Positions 59,540 through 64,000 of a stretch of 64,000 nt of DNA are shown here, piece by piece. Position numbers and translations under genes: made by a program. Below the pieces are notes generated by a model that saw only the letters and a list, made by a program, of their open reading frames with translations, was not told the origin of the DNA and made no database searches. This DNA is from a virus (taxonomy: Duplodnaviria; Heunggongvirae; Uroviricota; Caudoviricetes): IMG/VR virus record IMGVR_UViG_2513237368_000009; one strand, 5' to 3'. Each line of letters begins with the position of its first letter. Position 1 is the first letter of the stretch.

Positions 59540-59893
59540 ATATAGTTACAAGGCTGCTTTTGAGGTCTATTACCTTGTTCGCAGCATTCAACGGAACTTG
59601 CGTATTCTAATTCAAAAACATGTAGTATTTGAAATGTGACCCACATTACTGATCACCCTCGCACCCTGTAATTATAAAAGAATTAATTTATAGTCGTACT
59701 TTAATCGACTTTTATCCAGCCAATAAATGCAAGTTCTATGGATTCACTCCTAACTTGCAATGCTCAGGGAAGGATTTGCACCTACATAGCCACAATGACG
59801 ACAGATTTACAGTCTGCGGAGTTCTCTAATACTCAGCCCAAGCGTGTTATTCTTATTTATTTGTTTCCAATTTTGAATCTAAAATCTGAGTAC

Positions 59894-60184
59894 GTTTTCC
59901 TTATCTAAAGGTTTTAATCTGACTAAAACGCATGTATGCTAACCATTGCAGTTTTCCCTATCTAAGGATTCTAGTCAAACTAAAACAAGAGCTTTCAATA
60001 CACATTTCAGTCCAGTGTTTTCCTTATCTAAGGATTCTAGTCAAACTAAAACGCTTTTTCGGAATATCCTATCTTGTCTGTAGTTTTCCTTATCTAAGGA
60101 TTCTAGTCAAACTAAAACTACAGTTGGAAAATCAAGTAAGAAGTTACAGTTTTCCTTATCTAAGGATTCTAGTCAAACTAAAAC
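59894..60184 (-). CRISPR. CRISPR mini-array: 5 x 36-bp repeats (consensus on + strand GTTTTCCTTATCTAAGGATTCTAGTCAAACTAAAAC), spacers of 21, 30, 30, 30 nt
   Basis: repeats at 59894, 59951, 60017, 60083, 60149; leftmost repeat degenerate with truncated spacer, so leader inferred at right and transcription on minus strand (repeat then reads GTTTTAG..., type II-A-like). Confidence 0.85.
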
Positions 60185-60287
60185 CTCAAAATATCCTATC
60201 ATCACTTCAAGGCTTCCTAGGAACTCCGAACCATTGTCCAGATATTTACTAGGCTATTATGGATTGATGGAAACTTCCAATCCTAAT

Positions 60288-60368
60288 GGAACTGGATAGA
60301 TTTGAACTATCTGAGCTTTTAACACTTCCAGTTATTGAGTATTACTAGCATTACCCAATTCAGTTCCG
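60288..60368 (-). tRNA. tRNA-like element (81 nt) with aberrant core; possible unusual or pseudo-tRNA
   Basis: perfect 7-bp acceptor GGAACTG/CAGTTCC and canonical T-arm GATAG-TTCAAAT-CTATC; D/anticodon arms could not be folded canonically by hand. Confidence 0.35.
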
Positions 60369-60970
60369 TTTTCGGGAGAAACTCTCTTTATACTGGTTCT
60401 CCTCTTGTTCCAGTTATGCAAGTGGCATGGATTCAAACCATACAGTGACTAACTTTATAATACTGGCTTACCTCGTACATTAGGTGTAGTCAGGTGTTCT
60501 CACGGTTTTACTCACGCAACCAGTCAAACCTTAGCGTTACTCTCTGCGCCACACTTGCTAGTAATCTACCCGAAGGAAACCAACCATAAGAAGGTCTAAG
60601 TAGTAGAATGGGAACTCACATGCCCCACTTGAATGGACGATTGCCTATACCACATCGCTCACGTTCTTTCCTTTTTAGTGACCACACTAGCAGCTCGGTA
60701 TAGAACCTACTCGTTGGATTTAATCTCAAACCCGATGATTCAATGTCTATATTAGCATTGAATTATTTTTGACTAGTCATAATTCCAAAAAACCGCCTTT
60801 GTGGGTCGAACCGAATTATGTTGACGAAATGTCTAGAGTGTCAATTCTATTAACATTTCACCCTTTTTGACATATCTAGGAAAGATTTGACTGATCTTTC
60901 AGTTGTATGCTAGTGCCAATGGATTGGGTTTAATTTATTACTGCGTATTTAAAGATTACTTTAAATACTA

Positions 60971-61039
60971 TGTGACATATGAGAATCGAACTCATATCAC
61001 TTGTGAAGGTCAAGTGCGCTACCATTACGCCAATGTCAC
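60971..61039 (-). tRNA. tRNA-like (69 nt), anticodon loop ACCTTCA (CTT-Lys reading but C33/C37 non-canonical)
   Basis: perfect acceptor GTGACAT/ATGTCAC, D-arm GCGT-AATGGTA-GCGC, stem CACTTG/CAAGTG, T-arm ATGAG-TTCGATT-CTCAT. Confidence 0.45.
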
Positions 61040-61258
61040 TACGATGCGTTTAATATAATCGCCAAATTATATTAAACGACTTTTAGGAGGCGAACCGCCA
61101 ATAAAAAACGTAATATGACCAGTAGGAATCGAACCTACAAGCCTCGCCAGTGTAAGACCTATTATTTCAAGGTGAATATTACATACTGTCGTCTGCCAGA
61201 CGAGGGTAATACCGCAAATAGCCATAACTTAATTATAATATAACATATCATATTAAAT

Positions 61259-61283
61259 ATGTCAATATTACTACTATTAAATT
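61259..61283 (-). promoter_or_regulatory. conserved motif, exact copy (minus: AATTTAATAGTAGTAATATTGACAT) with TTGACA-17-TATATT, reading into tRNA/CRISPR cluster
   Basis: reverse complement read; downstream (lower coordinates) are tRNA-like genes and the array. Confidence 0.55.
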
Positions 61284-61321
61284 TGTTATATTACGCAAAA
61301 TAAAGCAATATAACAAATAAT

Positions 61322-61621
61322 TTATAATCTCTTCATTCTTTCCTCAGCGACAGGTTGAAGTATATAAGGGAATCGAGGATTATCTGATGTCATCATTGCA
61401 AATCTCCCAGCCTTGCTTATTAATCCAAATTGTTCCAATAAATGAACTTTTTGGTTGTGTATTGGAAGATTTGCAGAATTAGGATGATTTCTATAGAGTT
61501 CTTTTAAAATTGTCATCGCTTCTGGATCTTGGAATAATTTTTCTTGCTGTTCGGTATAATATTTGTTAAAAGCCAAATCTCTTCTCTTTTTTGCTATTTT
61601 TTTACTTATACGAACCACCAA
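61322..61621 (-). CDS. hypothetical protein with N-terminal TM
   Basis: ORF track. Confidence 0.4.
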   Translation of the reverse strand: MVVRISKKIAKKRRDLAFNKYYTEQQEKLFQDPEAMTILKELYRNHPNSANLPIHNQKVHLLEQFGLISKAGRFAMMTSDNPRFPYILQPVAEERMKRL

Positions 61622-61907
61622 TAGAAAAAAAGAACCAAATAGAAAAATTAAGACAATATAATCGTAATTATCTAAAAAGTTTTCTAAATGAAGTTTTTTA
61701 AATAATTAGATGGTAAAAAATTTGCGGCCGATAAAAGAATACTCGTTGAGAATGTAGCAATCAAAACTTCAAAGCTAATGGGTTTTCTTAGAAAATCAAT
61801 AACTTTATCGAACATTTTATTATACTCTCTTTTCTATAGTAGGAATTAGTATGCTGTTTAATATACTATAATATAAATACTTTTTCATTATATCATATTT
61901 AATTTTA

Positions 61908-61929
61908 ATGTCAATATTACTACTATAAG
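61908..61929 (-). promoter_or_regulatory. conserved motif copy (minus: CTTATAGTAGTAATATTGACAT) with TTGACA-16-TATAAT
   Basis: reverse complement read. Confidence 0.5.
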
Positions 61930-61939
61930 AAACAAAAAA

Positions 61940-62254
61940 TTATTTTATCTCTCTATCATTACTATGCCACCTTTGACCATTAAAACAGATAAACATGATT
62001 GTAAAATTAGTTTGCTTTTTTAATTCACGGTAAATAGCTTCAAGATATTCAATGTCGTATTCTTCATTTTGTAATGTTCTTAGAGGTAATGATCTAGTAA
62101 AATGGTTAGGTTTGCCCTTTAGGAAAAAGAAATTATATCTACTGTCGAATCTATCATTAACAATATTTATCTGATATCTTGCTCGAATATTAGGAATGAA
62201 ATATTTTTCTGCACGTTCATTTATTATGTCTGCTTGCTTTTTTGGACTAAGCAT
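61940..62254 (-). CDS. hypothetical protein
   Basis: ORF track. Confidence 0.4.
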   Translation of the reverse strand: MLSPKKQADIINERAEKYFIPNIRARYQINIVNDRFDSRYNFFFLKGKPNHFTRSLPLRTLQNEEYDIEYLEAIYRELKKQTNFTIMFICFNGQRWHSNDREIK

Positions 62255-62336
62255 ATAATCACCTCAGATAACATTATACGAACATATGTTTCATTTGTAA
62301 ATAAAAATAAGCCTAAATGGCTTATTTTTATTGTAT

Positions 62337-63656
62337 TTATTTAACCCTCAACGTCTGTCCAACATAAATGTAATTTACATTTTTCAATCCAGTCAATCGT
62401 TGAATTTGACTTACTGAAACACCATAGCGTTTAGCAATTGACCCAACAGTATCACCAGATTTAACCTTGTAGTAAACTTTTGAGCTTACCGTTGCAGTTG
62501 TCGTTGTGGTAACCGATTTAGTTGCACTAACTTTCAACTTCTGGTTAGGATATAGCATTGAATTGATTGTCTTACCATTCAACTGAGCTAGAGTATTCAT
62601 GTTCATACCCAGCTTATTGGCAATACCCCACCACGAGTCTCCCGACTTAACAGTGTAATAGTTATAGCTAACTGTTTGGGTTTGAGCCTGAGCTTGTACA
62701 GCTTTCTTAGCTGATGTAGTAACATTGTTTTTCAATGTACCTTTGATCAGCAATTTCTGATTAGGATGGATAACAGTGTTTACTGTCATACCGTTTAATT
62801 GAGCCAATTGGTTCATATCTAACCCTAGCTTGTTGGCAATTTTCCACCATGAATCTCCAGAAACAACAACATAATACTTGTTTGAGTTATCAACTGTTTC
62901 TTCCTTGACTACTGCCTTTGGAGCTGTCGGCGTAACAGGCGTGTTGTCCTTAACGTCACCACTATTCATGATTCCTGTTAAATCAACATTACCGTCAACA
63001 CCATACACGTTGCTCCCGAATTGCCACATTGCTACATAATCCAGTGAAGGGAAGTATCTAAAGTCTGGAGCAGTTTGGTAACTCATCGTTTTGTATGATG
63101 CTATCCACACCCTTGCTCCAAAAGTTGAGCCGACTTCACTCACGTTAATGTAGGTTTTCAGATAACTAGCTCCACTGTATAATACAGCTTTGTAATTAGC
63201 TTTCTGAACCGTCTCCATGAACGTGATAATAGCTTGTGTATTAGCTTCTTTGTTGCCAGTTGCACCAGCCTCATAATCTAAGGCAATTACTGAACCAGTT
63301 TTCAAACCAACTCTTTGTGCATCGCTGATAGCTAAGTTAGCCATATCTTTTGCAGAGTTTTGATCTGCCCCGAATTGACCCCAGAAATAGCTCCCTATAT
63401 CCATTCCAGCTAAACTAGCATTTGCTAATTGTGCTGATGCCTTCGGGTTTTTATAGTGAGTTCCCTCACCTCCGCCAGAACCACCTAACTTTACAAGGGT
63501 AAATGACATGCCACGGCTTTTCATAGTCTGAAAATATTGAACTGTGGAATCTTGCCAGTTTGAAACATCCATTCCAAGCGTATTTGCTGACGCTGAAATG
63601 ACAAATATCATGATAGTTAAAAAACTAACTAACATTAATGTTATTTTCTTTTTCAT
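62337..63656 (-). CDS. endolysin: GH25 muramidase with signal peptide and three C-terminal LysM domains
   Basis: N-terminal MKKKITLMLVSFLTIMIFVISASA; GMDVSNWQ GH25 start; three repeats of YYxVKSGDxxxxIAxxxGxxxxxLxxLNG. Confidence 0.8.
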   Translation of the reverse strand: MKKKITLMLVSFLTIMIFVISASANTLGMDVSNWQDSTVQYFQTMKSRGMSFTLVKLGGSGGGEGTHYKNPKASAQLANASLAGMDIGSYFWGQFGADQNSAKDMANLAISDAQRVGLKTGSVIALDYEAGATGNKEANTQAIITFMETVQKANYKAVLYSGASYLKTYINVSEVGSTFGARVWIASYKTMSYQTAPDFRYFPSLDYVAMWQFGSNVYGVDGNVDLTGIMNSGDVKDNTPVTPTAPKAVVKEETVDNSNKYYVVVSGDSWWKIANKLGLDMNQLAQLNGMTVNTVIHPNQKLLIKGTLKNNVTTSAKKAVQAQAQTQTVSYNYYTVKSGDSWWGIANKLGMNMNTLAQLNGKTINSMLYPNQKLKVSATKSVTTTTTATVSSKVYYKVKSGDTVGSIAKRYGVSVSQIQRLTGLKNVNYIYVGQTLRVK

Positions 63657-63696
63657 ATTTTCTCCTTCCCGAAATATATTCTTTATTTACTTAAAA

Positions 63697-64000
63697 TTAC
63701 TGTGCTGCAACTGTTGAATTAATAGCATCAACTTGACCAGATAAGTTACTAATCTTTGTATGTGCCAAGTCTACTGATGCCTGTGCAGTGTTTGCTACTG
63801 CTTTTGCTGTATTAGCTGCTGCCTTGGCTGCTGAAATTTCTGCATTTGAAGAAACGATTTGTTGCTCCAATGAAGCAGTATCAACGCTTACGGTAGCTGG
63901 TTCACTAAATACACCAATTAAACCTAGGAATGCTAACACTGTGTTAATGCAAGCAACAATTGCTCCAATGTCGCCAGTAAACTTAATGCCAAAACTTGCT
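63697..64000 (-). CDS. hypothetical protein, 5' end beyond window (Ala-rich, amphipathic)
   Basis: ORF runs off right edge on minus strand. Confidence 0.3.
   Translation of the reverse strand, partial: ASFGIKFTGDIGAIVACINTVLAFLGLIGVFSEPATVSVDTASLEQQIVSSNAEISAAKAAANTAKAVANTAQASVDLAHTKISNLSGQVDAINSTVAAQ

Noticed and set aside
59932-60252. Track ORF of 106 aa with repeated FPYLRILVKLK peptides
   Set aside because: It is the translation of the CRISPR repeats; the periodic peptide repeat is an artefact of the 36+30 nt periodicity.
60421-60440. tRNA T-arm-like ATGG-ATTCAAA-CCAT
   Set aside because: The loop reads TTTGAAT on the minus strand (lacks the conserved C56), and no acceptor pairing was found.
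60764-60780. Candidate tracrRNA anti-repeat (TTTTTGACTAGTCATAA resembles the repeat complement TTTGACTAGAATCC)
   Set aside because: Only a 9-nt match, and no downstream tracr-like hairpins or terminator.
61115-61139. Possible full tRNA around the T-arm GTAGG-TTCGATT-CCTAC
   Set aside because: No complementary 5' acceptor strand could be found for the 3' TGGTCAT in either a class I or class II frame. Kept only as an orphan T-arm-like element.
61188-61204. Hairpin first read as a CCA anticodon arm (TCGTC-TGCCA-GACGA)
   Set aside because: The loop is 5 nt, not 7, so it is not an anticodon stem-loop.

Overview
AT-rich (about one-third GC) segment of a large, virulent-type Firmicutes (probably Lactobacillales) phage genome, almost entirely coding. 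Genes on the + strand from 1 to about 34.2 kb: two tyrosine-recombinase-like genes, dNMP-kinase-like P-loop protein, P-loop ATPase, SbcD/Mre11 nuclease, DnaB-like helicase, sigma-region-4-like protein, RecD-like helicase, DHH phosphoesterase, RusA-like resolvase, many small hypotheticals, PnuC-like transporter, an IS200/IS605-family TnpB element, two tRNAs, SPFH protein, deoxynucleoside kinase. Genes on the - strand from 34.3 to 58.4 kb: thymidine kinase, GS..DxD nucleotidyltransferase, three tandem YopX paralogs, NrdH-like redoxin, small Dam-like MTase, nucleoside 2-deoxyribosyltransferase, guanylate kinase, HAD phosphatase, ATP-dependent ligase, two DPPY MTases, DnaE-type Pol III alpha, PD-(D/E)xK nuclease, toprim primase. 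After 58.4 kb: a dual-HTH XRE regulator (+), a minus-strand tRNA / tRNA-like cluster, and a GH25+LysM endolysin. Main observations: (1) a 36-bp-repeat, type-II-like CRISPR mini-array (5 repeats, 4 spacers) lies inside the minus-strand tRNA cluster with no cas genes in the window; (2) one spacer is a perfect 30/30 match to the RecD-like helicase gene in this same window; (3) a 21-bp motif TAATAGTAGTAATATTGACAT occurs 20+ times, always intergenic and oriented with the downstream gene, and looks like a phage promoter family; (4) a 0.65-kb structured noncoding region lies between one such motif and the tRNA genes. Calls rest on motif reading and manual ORF/tRNA folding; no database searches were run.
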